Positions 39,706 through 47,721 of a stretch of DNA of 64,000 nucleotides are shown piece by piece; position 1 is the stretch's first letter; the number at the start of each line of letters is the position of its first letter. The stretch comes from Sedimentisphaeraceae bacterium JB056 (GTDB taxonomy: Bacteria; Planctomycetota; Phycisphaerae; Sedimentisphaerales; Sedimentisphaeraceae), in NCBI GenBank assembly GCA_044440125.1, contig JBITAJ010000015.1, forward strand, positions 128,001-192,000, given 5' to 3'. Position numbers and translations under genes: made by a program. A model generated the notes under the pieces. The model searched no databases. It saw nothing but the letters and a program-made list of their open reading frames with translations, and was not told the origin of the DNA.

Positions 39706-41443
39706 TGGATTTAATGCTGTTATCTCTGTTGGTCTTGGTAAATGTATTCACTATTGAATTAAGTATAGCTTCCGATGCCGCGGCGTTTTCGCCAAGCAAA
39801 TGGGCTATCTTCTGAACAGTGCCGAGGTTTTGTTCCATTACTTCCTGAGACTTCTTTATTATCTGTTCTTTCTGTACAGCCGGTTCTGTAATATCCTGTG
39901 CGATACATCCGATAAGTGTGTTAGGCTCAATCGAGAAGATATTGATATTCAACACGTTGTCTGCTACAGTGAGTTCCTTTTCTATGAAATCATTGTTGTG
40001 CTCCAGCACCTGCGTGAAGAGGTTATGGAACGGCACCACCTTTTCGAGTGAAGCACCTGTCAGTTCTCCAAAACTGTCAAAGACCATTAGGTTGTCCGGT
40101 CCCATGTATTCCGCGAATTTCCTATTTGCTTCGATGATTCGCATATTATTATCGGCAATCAGTATGCCGCATGGAAGTGTTTTGATCAATGCATCGAGTT
40201 TTTTATGAGCCAGACGTCTCATATTGCCAAGGCACATTCCCGGCTCAGCTCTTTCTTCAAGCATTGCCGATGCAAAATCTCGGCAGCTGTTGTAGCCGCA
40301 GGCTCCGCAGTTGAGTTCATCTTCCGGTCTGTATTTGCCAACAAGTTGAAGGGCGGTTCGTATCTCGCTTTCACGATGCTTTGGGAGGTATACCGGTGAT
40401 ATTTCAAATCTGTTTTCGATATCGATTGTCGGTTTTCTTGGTACATTGCTGCAGTCAGATTTGCCATGCTTAAGCACTTTTACACGTTTGCCTACAGAAG
40501 CTCCCTTGTCTTTCATCATCGGGCCATTTACACATCCGCCTTCACATGCCAGAAGCTCAAGGAAAGTGCCGTTGTAGGCTTCTGCATTTGCAGAAAGTTC
40601 TTCTAACACGCTTTTAATGTTCTTGAGACCGGAAAAAGTCATAAAACGCTCATCACTTACGGTACAGTTGGCCTTTATACCGGCAATCATACCGCCGTCT
40701 ACTGGATATAGGTTCCCCTCATTGGCTCTTTGTGGTATGAAGCTTTCCTTATCATTATCAAGGTGCTCAAGATTTATGCTGTTTGCAAACAGATAACGCC
40801 TTAATTCATCAAAGGTGAGTGTGAGATCCAGAAGCTCAGAAGCGTCAGATTCCAATTTTTTGGCTATGCAGGGACCTATAAATACGACAGATGTGTCTTG
40901 ACCGTATTTTTCTTTTAACATTTTGCAATGCGCAAGAACCGGAGAGAGAAATCCTGTGATATTGGCGGAAAATTCTGGATAATATTTGTTGATGTATTCG
41001 ACAACAACAGGGCAGGCTGATGAGATTCTCACTGTTGGTTGATTTTTGAGTAGCAGCGAGGCTATGTTGGCAGAGACTTCCTGTGCTCCAAGGGCTGTTT
41101 CAGATACTCCGTCAAATCCAATCATTTTCAGTGCACTGATCACTGCATTTTCTGTGGTTTCTGAAAACTCGCAGATAAAGCTTGGGGCCAATGATGCAAT
41201 CACTTTGCCGCCATTTTTCTTCTTTTCAGCAAGCAGTGATGAGAAGGCAGAAAGGTCGTCGCGGTATTTTTTAGCCTTTATAGGACAGATGTTTACGCAA
41301 TGCCCACAGCTTATGCACATGTTATGGATAACACTTGCACTGCCATCGTGTATTTCTACTGCCTTGACAGGGCATTGCCTGAGGCATTTATAGCAGTCCT
41401 GGCATTGAGCCGTAACGGTATATATTGGTTTTAACTGTTGCAT
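39695..41443 (-). CDS. Sensory [FeFe] hydrogenase with C-terminal FeS and PAS domains (HydS/HfsB-like, group C)
   Basis: N-terminal 2x[4Fe-4S]; divergent H-cluster motifs ISSACP, GPCIAKKLE and ELLACEGGCVNG; LNCGACGYNSC; PAS domain; 'VQKIAHLLGE' tail. Confidence 0.92.
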   Translation of the reverse strand: MQQLKPIYTVTAQCQDCYKCLRQCPVKAVEIHDGSASVIHNMCISCGHCVNICPIKAKKYRDDLSAFSSLLAEKKKNGGKVIASLAPSFICEFSETTENAVISALKMIGFDGVSETALGAQEVSANIASLLLKNQPTVRISSACPVVVEYINKYYPEFSANITGFLSPVLAHCKMLKEKYGQDTSVVFIGPCIAKKLESDASELLDLTLTFDELRRYLFANSINLEHLDNDKESFIPQRANEGNLYPVDGGMIAGIKANCTVSDERFMTFSGLKNIKSVLEELSANAEAYNGTFLELLACEGGCVNGPMMKDKGASVGKRVKVLKHGKSDCSNVPRKPTIDIENRFEISPVYLPKHRESEIRTALQLVGKYRPEDELNCGACGYNSCRDFASAMLEERAEPGMCLGNMRRLAHKKLDALIKTLPCGILIADNNMRIIEANRKFAEYMGPDNLMVFDSFGELTGASLEKVVPFHNLFTQVLEHNNDFIEKELTVADNVLNINIFSIEPNTLIGCIAQDITEPAVQKEQIIKKSQEVMEQNLGTVQKIAHLLGENAAASEAILNSIVNTFTKTNRDNSIKSNEH

Positions 41444-41465
41444 ACGTATTCTTGTTAAAGATGTA

Positions 41466-41483
41466 TTGATAAAAATATATCAA
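41466..41483. promoter_or_regulatory. 18-bp palindromic operator upstream of the hydrogenase operon (same motif as upstream of adhE)
   Basis: Minus strand reads TTGATA-TATTTT-TATCAA, 22 bp upstream of the start codon. Confidence 0.65.
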
Positions 41484-41543
41484 ACAATACGTAGCAAAGC
41501 AACAATAAGTGCGATAAAATTTGTTATTTGTGTAAAATAATTT

Positions 41544-42245
41544 CTATTTACGTTTGCGGATGCACATGAAACCTAAACCGAGAAGTGCTATAGTTGCAGG
41601 TTCTGGAGAAGGTACTAAAAGACTGTTGTCAATGGTTCCGCTTTGAGCTGGATTGGTAGGGTCAATGTCTGATGACGTAAAACTTATGTTCCATGCAGAG
41701 TTTAGATCCCCTTTTGCATGTCCACAGTTTGCATAAAAATCACCCCATTCGGGAGCGTAATCACTGTCAAAATCTACAATAAACGTTGTTGCTGATGAAG
41801 GCTGAATTGTGAATCTTATGCCATAAATATCTTCTGGTAAATTAGTTAGACGTGCAGGATCGTCGCTTACAGTGAATGTGTCAATCGAATAGCTTGTGTT
41901 TTGTGTGTATGAACCGTAAACTACATTGCTTATGCTGCCGGAGTTAAATGAGGTTGATGTTTCGATTAGAACATCGTGGATATTCGGACTACCGGTAGTA
42001 TAGGTATATTTGTAGTGCCAGCTTCCATTGCCGTTTTGACTCACTATCCAGCTTATTGTTAAGGGGTTGTCTGTCCATGCTCCAGTTGCGTTTAAGGCCA
42101 CGTTATAAGATAGACTGCCTGTATACGATAAGCCATTTGTTTGTAAGGGTGCATCATTTCCTGATGGTGATATCATTTCGTAACCGGCATAACCAACGCT
42201 TACAATGCCAATAACTACTGCGATGAAAAGGCTTCCTGATTTCAT
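41544..42245 (-). CDS. PEP-CTERM sorting-domain surface protein
   Basis: Signal peptide, Ser/Thr/Asn-rich beta domain and C-terminal VPSPEPATIALLGLGFMCIRKRK. SD GAGG. Confidence 0.9.
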   Translation of the reverse strand: MKSGSLFIAVVIGIVSVGYAGYEMISPSGNDAPLQTNGLSYTGSLSYNVALNATGAWTDNPLTISWIVSQNGNGSWHYKYTYTTGSPNIHDVLIETSTSFNSGSISNVVYGSYTQNTSYSIDTFTVSDDPARLTNLPEDIYGIRFTIQPSSATTFIVDFDSDYAPEWGDFYANCGHAKGDLNSAWNISFTSSDIDPTNPAQSGTIDNSLLVPSPEPATIALLGLGFMCIRKRK

Positions 42246-42335
42246 TCTACAACCTCACTTAAATAGTTTTGAAGAATATCTATACCAACACGGCATCAAT
42301 TATACCGCATCAGGTTATGCTTTTCAATTTTTAAA

Positions 42336-43079
42336 TTAACTATTATTTATGGCTTGGTTTCTTGCGAGTGCCAAAACGGAGGAAATTGCTACTGCAGCGG
42401 TTTCTATGCGAAGAACTGTTTCTGTAAGACGTACTTTATTGGCATTTTGTTCAGAGAGCCATCTTTCTTCGTCTTCTGTAAAACCACCCTCAGGACCTAT
42501 AAATACGATTTTGTCTTTGGGTGATTTTAAGATATCTGTCTTCAGCAGAGAAATTGACCCCTCTGAGAGACTTGATATTATAAGTTCATTTTCGGGATAT
42601 ACTTTTTTGAGCATCTCAAGATGAAGAGTGAAATTTGCGGGTTTTTCGATTATTGGTAAATGCAGTCTTTTACATTGTTTGGCAGATGATACGGCTATTT
42701 TTTGATATCTTTCAACTATATTCTTGCCGCTGCCTTGTTTTACTGTTCTGTGGTACATTGCAGGACAAATATGGTCTATTCCAAGCTCTGTTGCCTTGGC
42801 AATCATCCAGTCAAACCTTTGGTCTTTTGCAACGCTTACGACAAGGATTATTCTGCCTGATTTACGTTTTTCTACAGCAGATATGCTTTGCGTTGTCAAT
42901 AAAATTTCCCGTTTGCCGGCTTTGGTTATCTCTGCGACAGCAAGTTTCCCATTACCATCGAACAGCTCTACTTTATCTCCGGCCTTCATTCGCATTACAT
43001 TGCTTATATGGTGCGCCTCGCTGCCTTCTATTCGGCAATCATCAGCAATTTCCCTGCAAAAAAACCTTGTTAACGACAT
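42336..43079 (-). CDS. rsmE: 16S rRNA m3U1498 methyltransferase
   Basis: HHISNVMR, KATELG, FIGPEGGF and VLRIETAA. Confidence 0.95.
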   Translation of the reverse strand: MSLTRFFCREIADDCRIEGSEAHHISNVMRMKAGDKVELFDGNGKLAVAEITKAGKREILLTTQSISAVEKRKSGRIILVVSVAKDQRFDWMIAKATELGIDHICPAMYHRTVKQGSGKNIVERYQKIAVSSAKQCKRLHLPIIEKPANFTLHLEMLKKVYPENELIISSLSEGSISLLKTDILKSPKDKIVFIGPEGGFTEDEERWLSEQNANKVRLTETVLRIETAAVAISSVLALARNQAINNS

Positions 43080-43095
43080 ATTTGACCTGTTTAAT

Positions 43096-44070
43096 TTAGA
43101 AGCTTAATATTGACAATGCGCTGTGGATTCTCACTCCTGCGTCATCATCATACAGAAATGGCGGCAGGTATTCAGCCAGTTTGAGATCTCTGCTGAAACG
43201 TACAGCATCAAGGGCGTGTATAAGGGCTCTTGATCTATCTTGGCCGGTGAGCGTATTTATGTCTTCTTCGAAGAATTTCTGGATGATATCTATACCGCTA
43301 TCATCGTTTAGAGCTTCAAGTCTGCCGGCTGCAATCAGACGAACTTCTATAACATCGTCATCAAGCATCGTCTTGATAGCGTTCATTGAATCATATGTAG
43401 CAAGTCTGTACATAGTAATTATGCCCATTGCTCTGTCATCGGCTCGCTTACTTATCATCAATGCCCAGGCTTTTGAGTCTACATCCTTGTATCCCAACAT
43501 ACCAAGTGATTCAATAGCCTGAATCTGTGTTTTGTCGTCAGATATTTTAGTCTGGAGGGCCCACCTCAACAATCCTGTATATTTTTTTGACCCGAGTTTA
43601 CCCATTATAAGAGCCGCATTGGCACTTATAGTACTGTCGGTACTTTGTAATGCCGAAACTATTGCTTTATGGTATGTCAGATCATTGTCACCAAGCTTTA
43701 TCAATGCGTATGCTGCTCCGATCTTTTCGTTCATGTTCTTGCTTTGAAAAAGAATATCGACTTTGCCCGCGGCTTTGTCGTAGTGAAGGTCGCCAACTGC
43801 AAGCGATGCTGCAAAACGGACACTGTCCACAGGGTCAACGAGGCTTTTCTCGATTAGTGGGTATAGCTGCTTGCATCTACACAACACTATAGATTCGATA
43901 GCGTCCATGCGTATTAGCGGGTTAGGGTTAGCCATAGAACTCTCAAGTACCTCAACAGCACGCTCTTTTGGAGAAGTAAGCTTATGATTGGTGGCGGCTT
44001 TTCTACTGTCCATTGCAAAACAGCAGACGCAGCTAAGAAGAAGCAAAATAGTAACTTTTTTGTTTTTCAA
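43096..44070 (-). CDS. Exported HEAT-repeat protein
   Basis: Signal peptide and repeated 'L.D....VR..AA..LG.L' units. Confidence 0.8.
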   Translation of the reverse strand: MKNKKVTILLLLSCVCCFAMDSRKAATNHKLTSPKERAVEVLESSMANPNPLIRMDAIESIVLCRCKQLYPLIEKSLVDPVDSVRFAASLAVGDLHYDKAAGKVDILFQSKNMNEKIGAAYALIKLGDNDLTYHKAIVSALQSTDSTISANAALIMGKLGSKKYTGLLRWALQTKISDDKTQIQAIESLGMLGYKDVDSKAWALMISKRADDRAMGIITMYRLATYDSMNAIKTMLDDDVIEVRLIAAGRLEALNDDSGIDIIQKFFEEDINTLTGQDRSRALIHALDAVRFSRDLKLAEYLPPFLYDDDAGVRIHSALSILSF

Positions 44071-44085
44071 TTTTGTATCCCCTAT

Positions 44086-45372
44086 TTATTTCAGAAGTAA
44101 TTTGATTTCATTAACGGATCTTGCGGTAGCACCTTGGTTTTGCTTAATTACCTTTTGACCGTTTTCTGATATAGCTTTTTTGTATTCAGGCTCATTAAGT
44201 GCCTTGCTTAACATTTCTTTGAGTTCTTTGCTGTCACGAACTTCAACAGCTCCTTTACCTGCAAGCAAAACTTCAACGGTTTGATTGAAGTTGAATGTAT
44301 GAGGGCCGAATGTTGTGAATTTTCCCATTGCTGTCGATTCCATCATATCGGAACCACCCATAGCACACAAAGATCTGCCCACAAAGACGACTTCTGAGAG
44401 ACTGTAGAATTTTCTAAGATCACCCATCGTGTCTCCCAGTATTACTGTTTCAGGCGGTATTTCAGTTACTGCCTTGCTGTTTTTGAGTTTGCTGTATCTT
44501 ACCAGAGCTAAACTTTCTCTTTCTATCATAGCGGCAACTTCATTGAATCGCTCCGGCTTTCTTGGAACTATAGCGAGCCTGAGATCATTATAATCAGCTT
44601 TAAGATTTTTGAATACTTCAAGAATTATTGCTTCTTCACCAGGGCCGGTTCCACCGGCTACAAAGAGCCGCTGGGTATTGTCTATTCCAAGTTTTTCTGC
44701 GAGTTCTTTGCTGCCTTCTATGTTATCTGTTATCTCCGCTGTATCATATTTGACTGAGCCTGTAACGATTACCTTCTCAGCATCTACACCAAGAGCAATG
44801 AATCTGTTTTTGTATTGCTCTGTTTGGACAAGAAATTTGCTTACCTTTGTAAACATCCATTTTGTGACTGCTTTTAATTTTTTGTATCGCGGGAAGCTTT
44901 TGTCGCTGAGTCTTCCATTGAATACTATCAACGGAACCTTGCGGTTTTGAGCCTCTTGCGCAAAATTCGGCCATACCTCAAGTTCTACCAGTATACAGAG
45001 ATCGGGTTCTATCCTTTTGAAAGCACGACTAACTGCCCACGAAAAATCAAGAGGATAGTAGAATACACTCATGTCTTTGCCATACAAAGTTTTGGCACGA
45101 GCATACCCTGTATCGGTCGTAGTACTCATGATAATCTCGGCGTCAGGCAGTTGTTTATTAAGTTCGGATATAAGTGTTTTGGTCGCATTAACCTCTCCAA
45201 CGCTGACAGAATGTATCCATATACAGCGTTTCTTATTGCCGTGTTTGGATACATATCCAAGTCGTTCTCGGCCACCTTCTTTATAACGATTTTGAAAAAA
45301 ACGACGATAAAGAACTTTAGGAAGGTATATTAAAAACGCAAAAAAGTATATTATATCAAGTAGGTATTTCAT
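44086..45372 (-). CDS. waaA: 3-deoxy-D-manno-octulosonic acid (Kdo) transferase
   Basis: IWIHSVSVGE, YYPLD, ELEVWPN, NGRLSDKS, VPRKPERF and GDTMGDL. Confidence 0.93.
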   Translation of the reverse strand: MKYLLDIIYFFAFLIYLPKVLYRRFFQNRYKEGGRERLGYVSKHGNKKRCIWIHSVSVGEVNATKTLISELNKQLPDAEIIMSTTTDTGYARAKTLYGKDMSVFYYPLDFSWAVSRAFKRIEPDLCILVELEVWPNFAQEAQNRKVPLIVFNGRLSDKSFPRYKKLKAVTKWMFTKVSKFLVQTEQYKNRFIALGVDAEKVIVTGSVKYDTAEITDNIEGSKELAEKLGIDNTQRLFVAGGTGPGEEAIILEVFKNLKADYNDLRLAIVPRKPERFNEVAAMIERESLALVRYSKLKNSKAVTEIPPETVILGDTMGDLRKFYSLSEVVFVGRSLCAMGGSDMMESTAMGKFTTFGPHTFNFNQTVEVLLAGKGAVEVRDSKELKEMLSKALNEPEYKKAISENGQKVIKQNQGATARSVNEIKLLLK

Positions 45373-45374
45373 TG

Positions 45375-47273
45375 CTAATTATTCGTTGCCGGTTGTTCTT
45401 GCCTTGGAAGACCGTTAAGTATTCCTGTTGCTTTGGTTTTGAAAACACTTTCCGGATAGGTTTCGGTTATTTTCTTAAGTATATTTCTTGCTTCATTGAG
45501 GTATTCATCACGTTTGGGGGAATCTTCAGATGTTTCACGCCAGAGCTCAACATTTGCGAGTCCAAGTTCATAGTATGCGTGCACTAAACTATCATCCTTC
45601 TTATTGCTTTCAATGAATTTTTTAAGTAAGAGTGACCTCTCCGAAGGATTTGTGTTTTCCAGTATTAGTTCCAACTCAATATTGTAACGCAGCGGATCGG
45701 TTTTAGGTGATTTGGACAGTAGGATATCAAGTCTCTCTTTGTATTCTGAGCTGTGTTTATTGAGTCGCATATACTCTGCAAGTCTGAGTTTATAAACACG
45801 GTTTTCGGGAATATTGTTATTCTCGATGAATTCAATGAGATGCTTGATTTTCAAGATTATTTCATCAAGTTTCCTTGAACTTACAGTTGTTTCCTGAGGT
45901 GTTGTGAAAATCGCAGTTTCCGCTGTTGTTTCAGTTGGCAAAGTATCATGCAGCCGCTGTCCTATCTTAATTGCTTCACGGCATATGCTTAGCGCTGTCT
46001 GAAAATCTCCCTTTCGGCAAAGGTTAACTGCTATTCGCCAACGAGCCTCAAGTGATTCAGGACTTTGAGGATAATCCCGATATAATCTAACCCAATCCGG
46101 GAAGACCTCAGGTCTTGGATAATCATGGTAGTATTCCAGAATCTCTTTCCTACGCAGAGATTTCGGGTCTGGAAGATATTCACGAAGCAGGGCCTTGTAG
46201 TAAAGAGCAGTCGACATTCGTTTGCTGTTTGGGTGATGATGTATAAAGTAGTCAAGCTGCTCGATTCGCTTATTTCGTTTATTTTTGAAATCATAGAACT
46301 TGCTGTCAGCCTGTTCCATGAACCATAAGGGCCATACGTTGATATTTACCATTGCCTCAAGCTCTTCAAGTAAACTTGCTCTTACGGCGTCTTTCTGCTC
46401 TACCATCCCTTCGTGAACAGATGAGAGCATCATGAATATATCTTTATCCAGCAACGGTTCTGATACAGCTTTGTCAATTATTGCCGAGACTGACCGGCTA
46501 TGAAATTCTTCGCTTTCTTCCGGATTGTTGCTTACTACATATATCTGATAATCGGATTCTGCAAAGCTTATGAAGTAGAAAAATGTGAAACCAGCTATCA
46601 GTAAAGTTGTAAGGGCTATTACTGAAGTTGCACCAGGTTTATAGCGGGTGTAATGACCTATTGCGAGCACTAATGCGCATATTGCAAGGCCGGATATCCA
46701 GGCCATCAGCCATGGAGCATATGAGAGTCCCCATTTTACAGGGTCTACATCAACATATCCTCCAAAGATGCCCCAGTAAATTATTAATGGACTGCTGCAT
46801 AATACTATTGATATGAATCGTGAACGGAAACGAAGTGGTCTGCAGGCAACCGCTACGCAGCTAATCGCAAGGAAAAAAGCCATGATTGGCAACTTTGCGA
46901 TGAAAGCTGTCATTAATATAGGCAAGACGCTGTATCTTGAACTTAAAAGCTGGGACAGTAATATCGGAGCGAATCCAAGGATTGCCATAAGCAAACCAAG
47001 TACAAGGATTTGCCATGGGTATTCGAATATGCTTACCGGATTGACTACGAAGTACCCAAGAGACCATATGTCTGCATTGCTTACACTTTGAAGCTGAAGA
47101 GAGTTGAGGTTGCCTGTAGTGATCTTTGACCAGAACAGGCATGCCAGTAAATATACACCTATAGAAGCCCACCACCATCGGTGAACATTGCTGTGGCTGT
47201 AATGCAATACAGGCCCGGCCGTAAGAAAAGATTTACTCGGGCCGTCATTGTTGTTTTTATTTCTGCCGAACAT
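45375..47273 (-). CDS. Membrane protein (about 7 N-terminal TMs) with C-terminal TPR/BamD-like helical repeats
   Basis: Hydrophobic N-terminal 240 aa, and recurring 'HPNS...ALYY', 'YPQS...ARW' and 'YPES...A' TPR-like motifs. Confidence 0.7.
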   Translation of the reverse strand: MFGRNKNNNDGPSKSFLTAGPVLHYSHSNVHRWWWASIGVYLLACLFWSKITTGNLNSLQLQSVSNADIWSLGYFVVNPVSIFEYPWQILVLGLLMAILGFAPILLSQLLSSRYSVLPILMTAFIAKLPIMAFFLAISCVAVACRPLRFRSRFISIVLCSSPLIIYWGIFGGYVDVDPVKWGLSYAPWLMAWISGLAICALVLAIGHYTRYKPGATSVIALTTLLIAGFTFFYFISFAESDYQIYVVSNNPEESEEFHSRSVSAIIDKAVSEPLLDKDIFMMLSSVHEGMVEQKDAVRASLLEELEAMVNINVWPLWFMEQADSKFYDFKNKRNKRIEQLDYFIHHHPNSKRMSTALYYKALLREYLPDPKSLRRKEILEYYHDYPRPEVFPDWVRLYRDYPQSPESLEARWRIAVNLCRKGDFQTALSICREAIKIGQRLHDTLPTETTAETAIFTTPQETTVSSRKLDEIILKIKHLIEFIENNNIPENRVYKLRLAEYMRLNKHSSEYKERLDILLSKSPKTDPLRYNIELELILENTNPSERSLLLKKFIESNKKDDSLVHAYYELGLANVELWRETSEDSPKRDEYLNEARNILKKITETYPESVFKTKATGILNGLPRQEQPATNN

Positions 47274-47721
47274 TTATATATAGATTAACCACAAAGTGGG
47301 TATTTATTGTCTTGTTTGCCTCTACGTTTTTATATAAACTAAAACACCATATTGTTACCTAACATTCCTTGAAAGTCAATGATTTTATTGTTCGGTATTG
47401 ATTCTTTCACCCGTTTCGATGTTTTTAAGCCCCGGTTCAATGTTGCATGGGATTAAAGTTATACTGTTTATTTTGAAATTACATAAACAATCTTAATAGC
47501 CAAATGGATTAATTACCGCCAATAAGAGTATAGCCCTATAGAATAAGTATTGCGCATATTGGTTAGAATTTAACGTGATTTGGTATTTATATTTGTGCAT
47601 TATCCAATAAAATGGTAAATTAAGTTAAAGTATAAATATCAGTAACGGATAAATTCGATGCGTCTGAAAATAAGGTATGTCAGTTGCATTGTCGTTATCC
47701 CCTTAGTAAAGTGGAGTAGTT

